In this document: positions 1 to 14,204 of the stretch, in pieces
Position numbering within the stretch: position 1 is the stretch's first letter
Layout: every line of letters begins with the position of its first letter
The notes under the pieces: model-generated
Databases searched by the model: none
Seen by the model: the letters and a program-made list of their open reading frames with translations, nothing else
What the model was told of the DNA's origin: nothing
Source: the human T2T-CHM13v2.0 reference genome, Homo sapiens
Direction: 5' to 3' (one strand)
NCBI RefSeq assembly: GCF_009914755.1
Contig: NC_060926.1
DNA length: 64,000 bases
Position numbers and translations under genes: made by a program

Positions 1-207
1 GTTTCTTCCTTCTGAAGACTTTTTAAATTTCTATTCACACATAGTAAATATAGGATGGTTTTGTTTTTTCTTAAACCCATCAACTCTTCTGGAACCCAAC
101 AGACTTTACCCATCTACTCTCTATAAATTAAATGTCTCTTATTTTTCAACAAATATATAAAACCCGATTTGTTCAAAGGCATGCAGGTCTTTCCCAGTGC
201 CCCCTAC

Positions 208-300
208 CTGTAGGCCAGCCAGCCTTTGCTCAGGATTTCTGGGGAGCAGGGTTCTCAGAGCTTCCTTCCAACTTGGGACATGGTTGCCAGGCTCCTCTGC
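208..300 (-). ncRNA. LINC00114: Internal exon (93 nt) of a minus-strand spliced lncRNA, probably LINC00114 (C21orf24)
   Basis: Minus strand reads ggactgatgtttctccacag|GCAGAGG...CTACAG|gtaggg: branch-point-like ctgat, pyrimidine tract, AG acceptor and GT donor. Its 31 codons (AEEPGNHVPSWKEALRTLLPRNPEQRLAGLQ) match my memory of the putative C21orf24/LINC00114 peptide; identity not database-checked. Confidence 0.7.
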
Positions 301-773
301 CTGTGGAGAAACATCAGTCCTTTCAGAGTGAACTTTATTTCTGGAGATGGACAAAGTGTCGGGGCAAAGAAAGTTGAATGAAAGAAGTGACTGAGCGCAA
401 AACTGCCATGTGTGGCCTAAAATGAGGTGGCCCTCCACAGTAGTGAGCTCAGTGTACTCCTAGGTTTTTGGAAAATATGTCTTTTGGAATTCTGCAAGAT
501 AAACATCAATGGTGTTAGGCAGATTGCCGAAATGAGAACCTCACCTCTTTGAAGACTAATTAATTTCTAGAGGTCAAGAAAATGCCACCACCTCCTCACT
601 TGGCCTGCACACTTGATATCAGCAACTTGATTTCCCCACTAAAAACCAACATTTTATAAATTAATTTACCAAAAATATCAGCAACATACTCCCAGAGAGA
701 GAAGAGAGGATGAAGAGAGAAAGAGACAGACACAGAGACAGAGAGAATCACTCCAAATATTCAGATTTCCTAC

Positions 774-813
774 CTGGACACATCTCAGTAGGGTATGTAT
801 GTCTTTGCTGTTG
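774..813 (-). ncRNA. Candidate small upstream exon of the same lncRNA
   Basis: Minus strand atttcttcttcctacattcag|CAACAGC...GTGTCCAG|gtagga; in frame with the 208-300 exon (..SKDIHTLLRCVQ|AEEPG..). Splice motifs only. Confidence 0.4.
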
Positions 814-1059
814 CTGAATGTAGGAAGAAGAAATCTAACCCTTTCTTGGTGTGTCTATTTATTTTTCTCTCTCCCTACACTCAAGTTAGAGTAGTCTTCC
901 TAAAATACAGGGAGGCACTGACATCTTCAAAACTCTACAGTTGTCTCATCTGCTTCCCAAGAAAGTACTAAGTCTTCAATGTGGCCACTGGGTCCTCACC
1001 ATCAAGCCCCACACTGGCCAGCCTGCCACCCATTTTAAACAAAAACCTACCACCCTTTA

Positions 1060-1400
1060 GTAAGCATAACATATTATTTCAGACCTTTGCCTATGCAGGA
1101 TGTTTTTGCTTAGAATGTCCTCTCATAAATTTTCTTGCACCTAATACCTCTTATATTTTAATGCCCAGTCACATGCCCCCCTTACCCTGTCCATGACTTT
1201 CCCTTTGTCTGAATTACTAGCTCAATACGTCTGCAGCACAGTTTTCTTCTCACTATTTAACATGTTTTTTCCAAGCAACCTTGCACTTTACTTAAATGTT
1301 TTCATGCCTGATTTTCCCTACAGCATCAGAGCACGTCTTATCTCTGAGCTCTAGCTCAAACAGTGCTTAGCAGTAATGAAAGTTAATTGAATTAAATTAG
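1060..1400 (+). mobile_element. Degenerate L2 3' fragment
   Basis: ctttgcctatgc...gcttagaatgtcctc...cagtgcttagcagtaatg...aattgaattaaatt resembles the L2 3' end. Confidence 0.45.
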
Positions 1401-2483
1401 ATGTGTCATGTTGTATTGTTTGAACTCAGATTCAGAACTGTCTATAGTTGGCACTTAATAGAATTTTTGTTGTTGAAGAACAAAATAAAGTATTTAAAAA
1501 GCCAACACATGCGTAAAATGAGAGTAAAGGAAATGATGAGCATCTCATTATTGAAAGGAAATAGCTGGTGGTGGTTGAATTTATTTTCTTCCAAGTTTTG
1601 TGCATATTATTTTTCATTATAGTAATAATTTCCCAAGTACTTTTCTCCTATTATACATATTAGTTTAATGAAATGATTCTGGTCATGTTAAATTCTTTTT
1701 AAACATTAATATTTTTATTAAATTATTTTTATGGCATCTTACCTCATCCCGAAAGCTTGTGAGACATTTAGCTACAAAAGTGGCAATTTCTACAAACCTG
1801 ATCTCTTTCCTTATTTGTCAACCTCTTGAAAGGACTAAATTTTACATGCTTTTTAAGTCAGTGTTTGAAACACACATACTATAATGAACCATTTTTCCTA
1901 ATGGCGTTATAAATTGGGCACTTATGTTGGGTTTCGTCTTTCTAAACTGCAAGAATAAACTTTAGAGGCTTAATCACTTTATGATTTTTCAGCCATGGTC
2001 ATACACCAAGGATTCAGTCCACTGACCAAGTCTCAATGAAAACATGGATCTTTACTGAAGATTTCCTTTAGGAGTATAGCAACAGGTTTATAGAGGACAT
2101 TGCACAGTATGACTTCAAGAAAACAACTTCTCTAGAATGTTCTCTGTTCACTCAAAATTTATACTCACAGAGCTGCTCAAACTCCATTTTGTTTTTCCAG
2201 TACTGATCTCCAGCTTACATTGTTGTCTCCTTTACTTAATCCATCTTGTCTCCTCATCTTCCTCTTCCAAAGAAGGGAACTCCTGACACTGACTACTTTC
2301 TTGAGAGGGGCAGCCAACCAAAATGCTAGTGAACCCTCCATTATAGTACATAAACAACGCTTTTATTAATATCTTTGTGCCTAAAGTTTTTCTAGATTTT
2401 AGATTTTTTCAATACAATGAATTCTCAGAAGTAAGCCTGCTTGGACAAAAAGAATGAATATCTTCAGAGCTTTAAATAGCTAC

Positions 2484-2870
2484 TGTGAAGGGCTAGATTG
2501 TGTCCTCTCCAAAGTTCATATACTAAAGCCCTAACTCCTAGCACCTCAAAATGTGACTGTATTTGATGATAGGGACTTTAAAAATGCAATTAAAGTAAAA
2601 TGAGGTCATGAGAGTGGGACTCTAATCAATATGGCTGGTGTCATTGTAAGAAGAGGAAGTTAGGACGCACACACACAGAAGATCACAGGAGGGCACAGAG
2701 GGAACATAGACACCTACCAGCCAAGGAGAGAGGCCTCAGAAGAAATCAATGCTGCTAACACCTTGATCTTTTACTTTTAACCTCCAGAACTAAAACATAA
2801 AATAAACTTATTTTGTTTAAGCCACCTAGTCCATGGTATTTTGTTAGGGTAACCCAAGCCAACTAACACA
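2484..2870 (+). mobile_element. MaLR solo LTR, MLT1B-like
   Basis: TG...CA termini; aatgtgactgtatttg, aaaatgaggtcatg, gccaaggagagaggcctcagaagaa, gtttaagccacc, aactaacaca. Confidence 0.85.
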
Positions 2871-3738
2871 GTCTCTTCTATGTTTTCAAAAGCTTTAGAC
2901 CAATTTATGCCTCCACCAGCAGAGTAGGAGAATTGTGCTCAGCTTGGTTCTAAGGAAAAAAACCTGTACTATCCTCATCTCAAGGCAGGTGACCGCAGGT
3001 GCAGTCACTGTCACCAGAGCAGCTGGACAAGGCACAGCACAGCCACATGGGAGCTCAGAGGGGCAGGATAAGCTTCTTGCAGTGAGATTCCTGCAGGCAC
3101 CAGGCAGAAGGCATTGCGGGTAACTAAATACAGCTGCAGAGGCCACTGAAAGAAAGGTTGAAGCCACGGTCCACTGTCGGCCTCACCTTAAAGGCTGCAG
3201 CAAGTGCTAGCGCCCAGCAAATCCCCACTGGCAGTCCAAGCTGATTTGTGCCTGATGTAGCCTTTACCTGTCTTCCCTCAAACTGTTTATATAATTCATC
3301 ACTGCTGCTCACTTCCCTTACAATGCTTTCCGCTGGGCTTCCGGAAACTCCTCTGGCGGTGACCTCCACAAGGTCACCCTGCAGAGAGGAGAGGAAAATG
3401 CACTTTAGCTGGGTGACAGCTGCTGGGAGGAACAGGCTTCTGGAGGTGCCATGTGGGCCCTCAAGGCCCCCTTTTGTGTTATTTTTAATGGTTACATGCT
3501 TAACTCTCCTTGAAATGCTGCCACGGGGCTGACCCAGCTGTAAGTGAGTTCTTGCTAATGAAATGGCACGAGTCCGTAACCTTCCCCCTCTAAAGGTTTC
3601 CCGGTGTCTCGCTGCCTCTGGTCTTCTTCCCAAAGACTTCCTCCTCCATAGAGTGTGCTTTCTACACACAGGCTTTGTCCTGGTACTCCTGTTCCTGAAT
3701 TCCATCACTAACAACTTTGCAAAATTTGCCATCACTAT

Positions 3739-4109
3739 TGATATGGTTTGACTCTGTGCCCCCTTCCAAATCTCATCTTGAATTGTAATACCCATGTGTC
3801 AAGGGAGGGATCTGGTGGGAGGTGATTGGATCATGGGAGCAGCTTCCCCCATGCTATTCTCCTGATAGTGAGGGAGTTCTCATGAGATCTCATAATTTAA
3901 AAGTGGCAGTTTCCCCTGTGCTCTCTCTGTCTCTCTCCCCTGACGGCTTATGAAGAAGGTGTTTGCTTCTCCTTTGCCTTCCGCAATGATTGTACATTTC
4001 CTAAGGCCTCCCAACCCATGCTGAATTGAGAGTCACGTAAACCCCTCTTCTTTGTAAATTACCCAGTCTCGGGTAGTTCTTTATAGCAGTGTGAAAATGA
4101 ACTAATACA
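3739..4109 (+). mobile_element. MaLR solo LTR, THE1D-like, with 5-bp TSD ACTAT
   Basis: tgatatggtttg...aaattacccagtctcgggtagttctttatagcagtgtgaaaatgaactaataca; ACTAT at 3734-3738 and 4110-4114. Confidence 0.9.
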
Positions 4110-4909
4110 ACTATAGTTTTTAAAATTTGGTATCACTATTGTTTTTAAAATGTAATATTATTGTTAAAAATATTTTGAGTGTACATACTCCATACATGCA
4201 TACATATCTTTGTATCAATTAGACATTTACTGCTACTATATACGTATATTTTTATTAAAGCACAACCAAAAAAAAAAACCCTCAGAAATTAAAGGGAAAA
4301 GAAATTAAAAGGCTGAAATTCAAATCCTGTAACCATGAGCAAAAGACCACCACAAACAACTTTCCATTTTCATTTCACACCATGCCTTTCTGAGTGCCCC
4401 GGTGCAACTCACCCCAGATCCTTGCCATTTTCCACAATACAAAGCTTCTTTTCTACCTCTTAACCTTTATAGATTTTGTCCCTCTGCCTAGATGGTCTAC
4501 CTAACCTTTTCACCTAAGAAACCTCCCACCATTTAAAATCCAGGCTAATTATGAAAAATGAAAATCACATACACAGACAACAGGAAACCATGCTGTACTA
4601 TTCAAGAGCTCAAGCAAATAACAACAATAAATCATTTGTTAAAAGTATTTGAAGGTATGCTTCAATTGCAAGATAAATACGCAAATTAAAGACTCAAGAA
4701 TGGAAAAGTAAAATGATAAGAATTCCCCTGAGCATTTAAAATAGTTCAACATAAATCTTAGAGTTCATGCATCTGGTTATAAAAGCAACTACAATTGTCC
4801 CAAACTTATTCTTGATAAAAATATATAGAAATAAAAATTAATAGTATTAACCTGAGTTCAAAACACCAGACTGTATTAATAGAAATTGTAACAGGAAGTA
4901 AAAAGGGAG

Positions 4910-5272
4910 TGCTATGTTCTGAATGTGTTTGTCCTCTAAAATTTCTGTGTTGAAACCCTATCCCTCAAGGTAATGGTATTAGGAGGCGGGGACTTTGGGA
5001 GGTGATGAGGTCATGAGGGTGGAATCCTCAGGAATGCAGTTAGCACCCTTATTATAGAGGCCCCAGAAAGCTAGCTCATCTCTTCCACCCTGTGAGCACA
5101 TAGCAAAAAGGAGACATCTATGACCCAATCAATGGCTCCTCACCAGACACCACATCTGCTGGCACCTTGATCAGACACTTCTAGCTTCCAGAACTATGAG
5201 AAATTAATTCCTCCTATTTACAAGCCACCCAGGCCATGATATTTTGCGGTGATACCTGAATGAACTAAGGCA
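4910..5272 (+). mobile_element. MaLR solo LTR, MLT1A0-like
   Basis: tgctatgttctgaatgtg...ggtattaggaggcggggactttgggaggtgatgaggtcatgagggtgga...tctgctggcaccttgatc...aactaaggca. Confidence 0.85.
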
Positions 5273-7127
5273 CCCAACTCCTGCCTTATTGTTAGAAAAC
5301 TCAAGAAAAAATATAATTGTGAAATACTAACAACAGGAATATAGTTTTAAAATTTGTTTGAGATACTTAAATATAACTACTAGTAGCATTTCAGATAGTA
5401 TTTAAATCTTCTCAATCACAGAATAAGAAACAGCAATCAAAACATAACCCATAAAGCAAAAGACAAAATAGAAAAAAAAAACAAGGCATAAATATCAGCA
5501 TGAGATAAGATGACATGAAAAACAACAAATAATTCTGTTATGTAATATTATGAAGTTTTTAAAATGTTTTGGCAAATTTTAATAATATTTGGAAAATATT
5601 TATTGGAAATACTAAATGTAATAAGCATAATATTAATATTTCTAAAATAAAACTGGATAGAAAGATATATAAACACAGACACATATAGATATGCAAATAT
5701 CGGTGTGTGTAGATATATGTGTGTGCCTAGGTATATCATCTATCTATCTATAAGATACTATATATAATCTGTATGTATATATGCAAACACACATGCTTAT
5801 TTAAAACATTATTATCATATTGGTATAAATGAAATATCATTAACAATGATTAGGCAAAGTTGATGTTGTTGCCTGTTAGGCACTCGCAGGATATCTGTCT
5901 CCTACAAAGTTTTCTAGAAGGACTTTCAACTTAATGGAGTCTTATAAAGGTGTATAAAACAAAACAAACAAAAATCCTAGTCTGTTGTCAGTAACTACCA
6001 ATGCAAAAATCAAAATTTCAAAATGAATAGATTTTGTATGACATACTTTAAAAAGTAAAAACAAAACATAGCAAAAAAATTAATAGTTTTTTCCTTGAAC
6101 AAATAAGAACTTCGATGTTTATATTTTCCTCAGTTCTTCTAAACAAATATCGTAAGTTTCCTTGTTTTCAAATGCGTGTTTCATCGATTTTCCTATTCAT
6201 ACCATCCATTTTCCCTTCAAGTTGCTTTTTCAAAGCTTGTTGTGTTCCTTCCCTCCGGACCATAGAGCAAGCACTGGAAAGGGTGAGCAGGGAGTGTTTG
6301 TGCAATTCTCATCTGTGACAGAGACGGGACTGACAGGTTTAGGAGTCAAACATAGTGGTCACCGCGCTCTGGCCAGTGGCACCGTCCACATCTTTTTCCT
6401 GAATTAGACTTTAGAGAAAACAGCAGTAGTCATAATCTAACGTTTAGAGGCTGCGGCCTTTTCTTCACAGTGGTACCCCACATATGTCTACGTGTTATTT
6501 CTTTCAACCCCAGTGATCTTAAATTGTTGTCTGGGGCTCCCAGGACTCCTTGAAGGAGGCGCACCCTCTCCACAGCGGACATTAGCGATGCTCTTCACTG
6601 ATCTTTCATGAGAAAGGAGGTATCTCTCCAGCTTCCAGCATGGCCATCGCTGGCCATGTGACGGAAGGGTTGGCTCCCTGTGGAGCCGGATGAAGGTCCT
6701 CTCTGATTTTTCAGAGATGTGCCCTGCATTTCCTCTGTAATTTAGAAACTTCCTTGTGACCTGTCACCCGTGAGCATTTCATTGGGAGCTGAAGCCAGCA
6801 TGTGGATGCAGAGAATGTACTCAGAGAAGTCACAAGCCACGGTTTCTCAATGTGGCTCTGCACACACTTTTCCATGGTCTGGGCAAATAGCTTAACCCCT
6901 GCTAGGTCTTTCTTTTCCTCATCTGAACAGAGGGAATAGTAATCTATGCTTTGTCTCTATCTTAAGACTGTTCTGAGGGCCCAGTGAGCGAATAAATACA
7001 GACGCACTTGCATGACTAAGATGCACGGATGGGACCAGAGGGAACTATGATGTATACAACCCCGCTCAGCCCCCTAAAAATTCAAGCAATTTTCTTCAGT
7101 CTCCCCAATACAGACCACTTGTAAATA

Positions 7128-7446
7128 GAGTCAACCCTTGGTATCAGTGGGGGATTGCTTCCAGGACAAACCCCCATATCAACATTCACAGATGTTCAAG
7201 ACCCTGACATAAAGTGGTATAGCATTTGCACATCCTCTCATATCCTTCAATCATCTCTAGATTAGTTATAATACCTAATACAATGTAAATGCTATGTAAA
7301 CAGTTGCTAAACTGCTGTGTTTAGGGAATAATGACAAGGAAAAGAATATACACTTTCCATACAAATGTAATTTTCCCCTAATATTTTCAATCCACAGTTG
7401 GTTGAATCTACAAATGTGAAACCCATGGATACAGAGGGCAGACTCC
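7128..7446 (+). mobile_element. MER2 (TcMar-Tigger non-autonomous DNA transposon)
   Basis: TIR-like ends gagtcaacccttggtatc / gatacagagggcagactc; internal atcatctctagattagttataatacctaatacaatgtaaatgctatg. Confidence 0.85.
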
Positions 7447-8289
7447 ATACTGGAATGAACCTGTGATTACTATGTAATGCATTGATTATTTGGGAAATGT
7501 GTTTTGTTATTGTTAAAGTCTCTATATAGTCACCCAGATTAGTAGTTTCCACTCTGACCAATTACTAAACTAAAGATCCTAGACACTCTTTCATTTGACG
7601 GTTCTACTCCGCTCCTGTTACAGTTCTAGGCACAGCTTGGCCCTCAATTCATGTTTTTTGATTATGAGAAAGATTTCTTTTTTGCAATTCTAACTGTATC
7701 CAAATAATAAATGGCACCAAACCACAGACACCAGCAAAACCCTGATTAATGAAATTACACATCACTTTCTATCCCAGCATTTGGAGGCTAACGGCGATAT
7801 GCATAATGACATGTCACATGCTTCAGATACCATCAGGATGTCCTGGAATGATTACTTATTGCCTGTGGGAGGAAATCATCAGTAGGAAGGGCATGTTGGA
7901 GGGATGGCTTCCACAGTCGCTGGGAAATAGCCCTGTGTGGAGTGATTTGAAAGTTGCATTTTTTTCTCGTGCTGGTCAGCTTTCTATTTGTATACATATA
8001 AATATAATTTATTAAATTTATCACAAAGGAACACAAGCCAGTCAAACTTCTTGGCTTTGATAGTGTGGATGAAGTTGTTAAACTTATTCGCTAAATGTGC
8101 AATACACTCTGTGGGAGAGAAGTGTATGAAAGATGTGTGTTGGTGAAATGAAATGCATAGAGCTGTGGTTTGTGTCCAGCTTTGGCATACATGGGTTTGG
8201 TGGCCTTGGGCAAGATTTTACCTCAGTCTCCTCACCTGTGTAATGGGAAACGACCTCATGGGGTTATTATTTTTAACGTAAATTATTTA

Positions 8290-9034
8290 CTTTTTGAAAT
8301 TTTTTATTTTTATATTTTTTAACTTTTATTTTAAGTTCAGGGTTACAAGTGTAGGTTTGTTATATAGGTAAACTCATGTCATGGGGGTTTGGTGTAAAGA
8401 TTATCTCATCACCCAGGTACTAAGCATAGTACCTGATAGTTATTTTTTCTGCTCCTCTCCCTCCTCTCATCCTCCTTCCTCAAGTAGGTCCCAGTGTCTG
8501 TTGTTCTTCTCTTTGTGTTCATTGGTTCTCATCATTTAGCTCCCACTTAGAAATAAGAACATGTGGTATTTGGTTTTCTGTTCCTGCATTAGTATGCTAA
8601 GGATAATGGTCTCCAGCTCCATCCACGTTCCTGCAAAGGACTTGATCTTATTCTTTTTTATGGCTGTGTAGTATTTCATGGTATATGTATGTATCACATT
8701 TTTGTTATCAAGCTACCATTGATGGGCACCTGGGTTGATTCCATATCTTTGCTATTGTGAATAGTGCTGCAGTGAACATACATGTGCGTGTGTCTTTATG
8801 GTAGAATGATTTATATTCCTTTGGGTGTATACCCAGTAATGGGATTGCTGAGTTGAATGGTACTTCTGTTTTTATTTCTTTAAGGAACTGCCACACTACA
8901 TTTTACAATGGTTGAACTAATTTATACTCCCATTGGCAGTGTATAATCGTTCTCTTTTCTCTGCAACCTTGTCAGCATCTGCTGGTTTTTTGGTTTTTTG
9001 TTTTTAATAAGAGCCATTCTTATTGGTGTGAGAT
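8290..9034 (-). mobile_element. 5'-truncated L1 (older L1PA), ORF2 C-terminus plus 3'UTR
   Basis: T-rich tail at left; minus ORF 8708-8896 (WQFLKEIKTEVPFNSAIPLLGIHPKEYKSFYHKDTRTCMFTAALFTIAKIWNQPRCPS) is the L1 ORF2p C-terminus. Confidence 0.93.
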
Positions 9035-9249
9035 AAGCGCCTGGCCTATAGTCTGACAAGTTGATGCTAAAATCCTACATTTGCTTCTGAATTCTCAGAG
9101 CCCTCTTCCCTCAAACCAAGAAACCATCTTTCCATTTCACAGCACTGTGCGAAGAGCAAGTGAAATGATGCCTGCATTCGAGTTTACTTCCATCATTACA
9201 AAACGAGGTGCATCCAGGTATGACACTTGTTCAAAAAAATCAATTTACT

Positions 9250-9530
9250 TTAGTTCAGCAAAATATTTAGAGTATCTTTCATCCAAGCAGTACGATAGGT
9301 TCTGGAAATTCCCAAATAAGCAAAAATCAGCCAGGCTCCATGAGGAGTTCACAGTGAACTGCAGGACACAAAAGAAGAAAGAAATAATTCAATAATACAA
9401 TGACAAATGTTAAGTAACCAATTAAGCCAGGCACTATGAAAACTCAGACAAGGGGCTGTTGTCCTATCTTGGTTCACGGAAGGCTTCTTGGAAGAGAGAA
9501 CATGAAATCTGAGTCTCTAAGGAGGAAATC
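9250..9530 (-). mobile_element. Degenerate L2 fragment
   Basis: ttcagcaaaatatttagagtatc...ggaaggcttcttggaagagagaacatgaaatctgagtc resembles antisense L2 3' region. Confidence 0.5.
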
Positions 9531-9554
9531 GAATTTGTAAATATTAACAAAAGG

Positions 9555-9720
9555 GGCTGGCTGTTGTGGCTTACATCTGTGGTCCCAATAACTCAGGAGG
9601 CTGAAGTGGGAGGATCGCTTGAGGCCAAGAGTTTAAGGCTGGAGTGAGCCATGATTGTGTCACTGCACTCCAGCTTGGAAGACAGAATGAAACCCCTACT
9701 CAAACAGAAAACAAAACACA
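9555..9720 (+). mobile_element. Free Alu monomer (FRAM/FAM-like)
   Basis: Single ~150-bp arm with aggatcgcttgaggcc...gtgagccatgattgtgtcactgcactccagc and an A-rich tail. Confidence 0.8.
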
Positions 9721-10690
9721 GGGGAAGGCTACGAATTCTAGATAAAGGGAGCAAGAGCTAGGCACTGGGGCATAAAATTGTGTGTGCATGTGTGTGTGTG
9801 TGTGGTGGGGGAGGGGGAATACAATTTAGTGTTAACTGAAGTGTGAAAATCAAGATGGGTTACAGCAGGTGATGGGACCAAGTCAGAGACTTAACCCTCA
9901 GAGCAATGACTGGCCACTGCATAATTTTAAATCACATTTGCATCTTAGAAGGATTATACAGGATGCAGTTTGGGGGATTAATTTAAGGGGCCAGAAGAAA
10001 GATAGGGAAACACGTTAACTGGTTCTCAAAATGGTCTGAGCAAGTGATGTGGTCTGATGTACAACAGTGGTAGACATGAAAATGGGAAGGTTTTTTAAAG
10101 GAAGGAGCATTAGCTGGTGATGGCTGGGAGAGAAGAATGGGCAGAGGGCATAATCTAGAAGAATTCACAGATGGTCAGGTGGGTGATGCCACCCTGAATA
10201 CTGAGCTATGCCATGGAACCAGAGAGAAGGAATAGGCTGGTGGCAGCGCAGGTGCACCCTGTGATCCAGGGCAGCACTTGAACTTGGGAGATGGCCAAGA
10301 TGATTTGAAGATACTTTGATATTGAAATGTTCTGTGGAACTTCTAGTCTGCAGTTAGAGCAGACTCATCTTCATTTACCAGTAGTTAAGTTTTGTTTCTC
10401 CAAGTAGCACATTATCAATCATGCAGTAAGTGTGCAACTAATGCAGGTAATTTGGTTGCCTCTTGAACACCAGGGATGCATTTTGCAAAACTTACATAGA
10501 TCATGAAATCAAGGAACCATGTCAGATTATTTTGCAAAATAGAGATTATTGATATCTGTTTCAAAGTAAGCTTCACATCCATTACTACTAGCCCTCTGTA
10601 TTAGCTTTCGGATTCTAAATAACTTATCGCACCCAAAGTTCCAACCGCCAATACAAGAAAAAAGAGCTTTAGGAAATTCTTAGGAAAGTA

Positions 10691-11022
<332 letters not shown>

Positions 11023-11814
11023 TTAAGAAAGTACAGACTCATGACTAGACTTTTTTAAATCTAAGCTGAATTTAGGGGAAACCCCACTACACAGTTTCCA
11101 GGGAGAAAGGATTGAGGTAAGTATTCAGGAGAGCTTTGGACAAATTTTGAGAAAGTGTTTATTCACTTTAACTTCCAAGCACTGTGGAGTGCTGTGGAGG
11201 TGAAGGGCTAACAAATGAAGACACAAGTGTGAGGAGAGTACACATCCCACCCCAAGAGCCTGCAGTGAAGTGCAGGAACGTGTGTAATCAAAGGCATACC
11301 AGGAGCCAGGGGCTGTGTGTGTTTGACTGTGGTTTTCTGCCTCTTATTTATACAGTCCCTTCTTTTCTCTAGTTTCTAGAGTTTTTCAAACTTTCACACA
11401 ATCTACAATTAAAGACCATTTTTTCTTATTTCCCAGAATTAATATGTTCTTTTTAAATACCACACTTTTGTCATTTCACAAAGTTTGGGGTGGGAGACAG
11501 TTTGGCCATTAAACTCTTTCTGCCGTCTTGATCCCTCATCCCTATGAATTTGACGGCCCATGGGTTCTAATGTGCTGACATGCCTGTTCCTCCTGGAGAC
11601 ACAAAATTAGCACAATGAAGGAAATTCGTGGTGGTAATTTCCAGTGTGTAAAGGTATTTGGGGCAAGTGAGCTGTGCCTCACTTGCCCCAAATTCCACTC
11701 CTTACTAACTTTGCAATAAGAAGGCTTTTCAGAAGATGCCATGTGAGCCATATGGCAGCTTGGAGAGATAATAGAAATCTAATATAAAATATGTATGATA
11801 TTATATATATAAAG

Positions 11815-12720
11815 TATATATAAAAATATAATCCTAACCCCCCACAACTGACTGAACGGATCCCCTATTTGCCAAGGGGACCCCAGAGAAACCTTGAAAG
11901 TGAATTCACATCCATGACTAGACAGGAAGCTGGACACACCTCATTATACCCCCTCCATTTTGCAGTTTGAACCCCAAACTGATCAGTGTTAATTTCAAAA
12001 TAGAGACCAAAAGACTGAAAGAACAAACTCTTTGAGACTGTAAGATACCAAATTATAAACAAGCCATGCCAGGCAAGGGTTAAGTCAGGCACACAGACGT
12101 AAGGCATAAAGTCTGTTCCAATTGCCACAGGTTTTTTTCTTTTTCTCTAACAGCTAAACAAGCACTGGCCTCGAGATAAGCCATGTTGAAGCAGCTGCAC
12201 CTCCCCGGCCATGAGACACTGAGACCCCTGTTCCACCTGCTGTAACTACGGCTTTGGTTGGACAGGAGACTGATTTAAATCACTTTCTCCTGATAAGAAG
12301 ACCACCAACCATGGGCTAGTTCTGGCTGGTTTACAGAGGCTGCCCACTTAAATGCCTTTGCGTCCTCAAATGACCTTTCAACATATGAGGTCTAATTAAA
12401 ATACATTTAAATATTAAGTCTACTCCCCAAGGTAAACGTGGCTTGTACGTAACATGCATGTTTATTTGGTGTGAATGCATTAGGACTACCTTCATGAATA
12501 TCCATGGCCCTTCCTTTAACCTGTTGAATATGTATGTTAGCCAATCAGTTCAGCTTCCAGCTCCTGTCCCAACCTCTTCTCCTCTGAAGTGCCTGTCTCT
12601 GATCTTTCCTAGAAGCTACACTTCCCAGCATGCGGGATGCAACCTTGCAGGCTATAACCCTTTACAAGAAATAAACTCTACTCTCTAAATTTATAGACTG
12701 TGTGATTTTTTAAGGAGACA
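11815..12720 (+). mobile_element. ERV1 solo LTR, MER4D-like
   Basis: gccaaggggaccccagagaaacc, cctcattatacccc, taagataccaaattataaac, gccatgccaggcaagggttaagtca; aataaa near the 3' end; ends in CA. Confidence 0.75.
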
Positions 12721-13879
12721 AAAATAGCACATTACTGAAAAGAAGACTTATCTGCAAGCTGCAATATCTGTGCTTTTAATTTGGTTCCACTACATTCTTA
12801 GCTCTGAAGATTTTGGAAGTCAGTTGAAGTTGTATCAAAATGGTTAAAAAAATTTTTAAGTGTCAACTTATGTGTTTTTGTGTTCTTAGAAATTTGTCAT
12901 ATCCCACAAATTCAACTCTGCAAAGATTTTCTTTAGAGTTAGGTTAGGGGTGATTAAGGAAGCTGATATTAATGTTTGTCCTGATTATAATGGTAAGCTA
13001 TGACATTTATATTTCTTCAAAATTAATTAATTTCATCCTACAACCACAGAAGGAGATGGGACAGTTTCCTCACTATAAGAGCTTTCCTGACAACTTCATA
13101 GCTATGAGCTCTGGGAACAGAGCTCGGTAGCCTTTGAAACTGTGGTTCTACAACCACATGGGATTGCTTCGCACATATGCAAAGCCTGCAGGCTCCCACG
13201 GAAAAGTAAACCACAGTTCAAAACTCATCTTTAAAGCTAGAAAATAAATGCCAACCTGCTATTTTCAAGACCTGATGATAAAGCAGCATAGGCAAAAAAA
13301 AAAAAAATAAATAAATAAATAAATAAAAGAAAGAGAAAGAGAAAGCTTTCTAGACTCTAAAGTGTAAACCTGTAGGAAAGCTAATCTGAATTTCAAAGGC
13401 AGCACTAACCATTAATTAATTATAAGGCTCCAGGGCCCCCAGAACAGTAGCATAGGAAAAAAGAAAATGAATTCAGGCTAAGTGCTCACACTACAGAATA
13501 ACCTATAGGAATTTTTGTCCAACCAAGAAAGTCACAAGTCACTAAAACTCCCCCCAGGGAGAATTATGGCCATGAGGAAGGAGCTGGGGAGACCCAGCCA
13601 TGCTCCATCTGTCCGTCCTCAGCCCCTGGAGTCCTGCTCATTCTTACTCCACACACTGAGGTTCACAGGCACACTCCTATCTGGACTTAGGTTTTCTACC
13701 ATTTCGTCAAATTGCAGGCTTTAATAGTTCTCTGGTTTTGCTTTCATTCTCCTTAAGCCTCAGACATAACTCACTTCTACCCTCCTCCAAAGTGGGACCA
13801 CATGCCATTCCCTGTCTGGCTTTCCTTGGTCATGTTTGGTGAATACACTTCAAGGAATTCCATGTGAAATTCAAAACCA

Positions 13880-13975
13880 AAGGAAGGAAATAAGAAAAGG
13901 GAAGAAGGAAGGGAGGGAGGGAAGGAAAGGAGGGAGGAAAGTAAGGAGGAAGGAAGGGAGAGAGGGAGGGAAAAA
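13880..13975 (+). repeat. Polypurine GGAA/GGAG low-complexity tract
   Basis: aaggaaggaaataagaaaagggaagaaggaagggagggagggaagg... Confidence 0.85.
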
Positions 13976-14204
13976 TGTCAGAATGGGAAGTGGAGAAGAG
14001 AACGTCTGCGTCTTAGTGGGAAATGGCACAGAGAAGAGGAAATCTATTTTCTCAGCCAAAATTGCCGTGTGCGTTCCCTTCGAATGCACACGAAGGGAAG
14101 GAAAACAGAAGGTTTGACCTCCCATTTGCCCGGGTACCAAGCTAGTGCTGTGTCTGTATGTAGCTCCCCAGACAGCTATCTCATCCTTCATCCTCAGAGC
14201 CTTG

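Noticed and set aside
3124-3795. Longest ORF in the window (223 aa, minus strand)
   Set aside because: Starts inside a THE1 LTR, has no recognisable domain or splice context, and its length is compatible with chance
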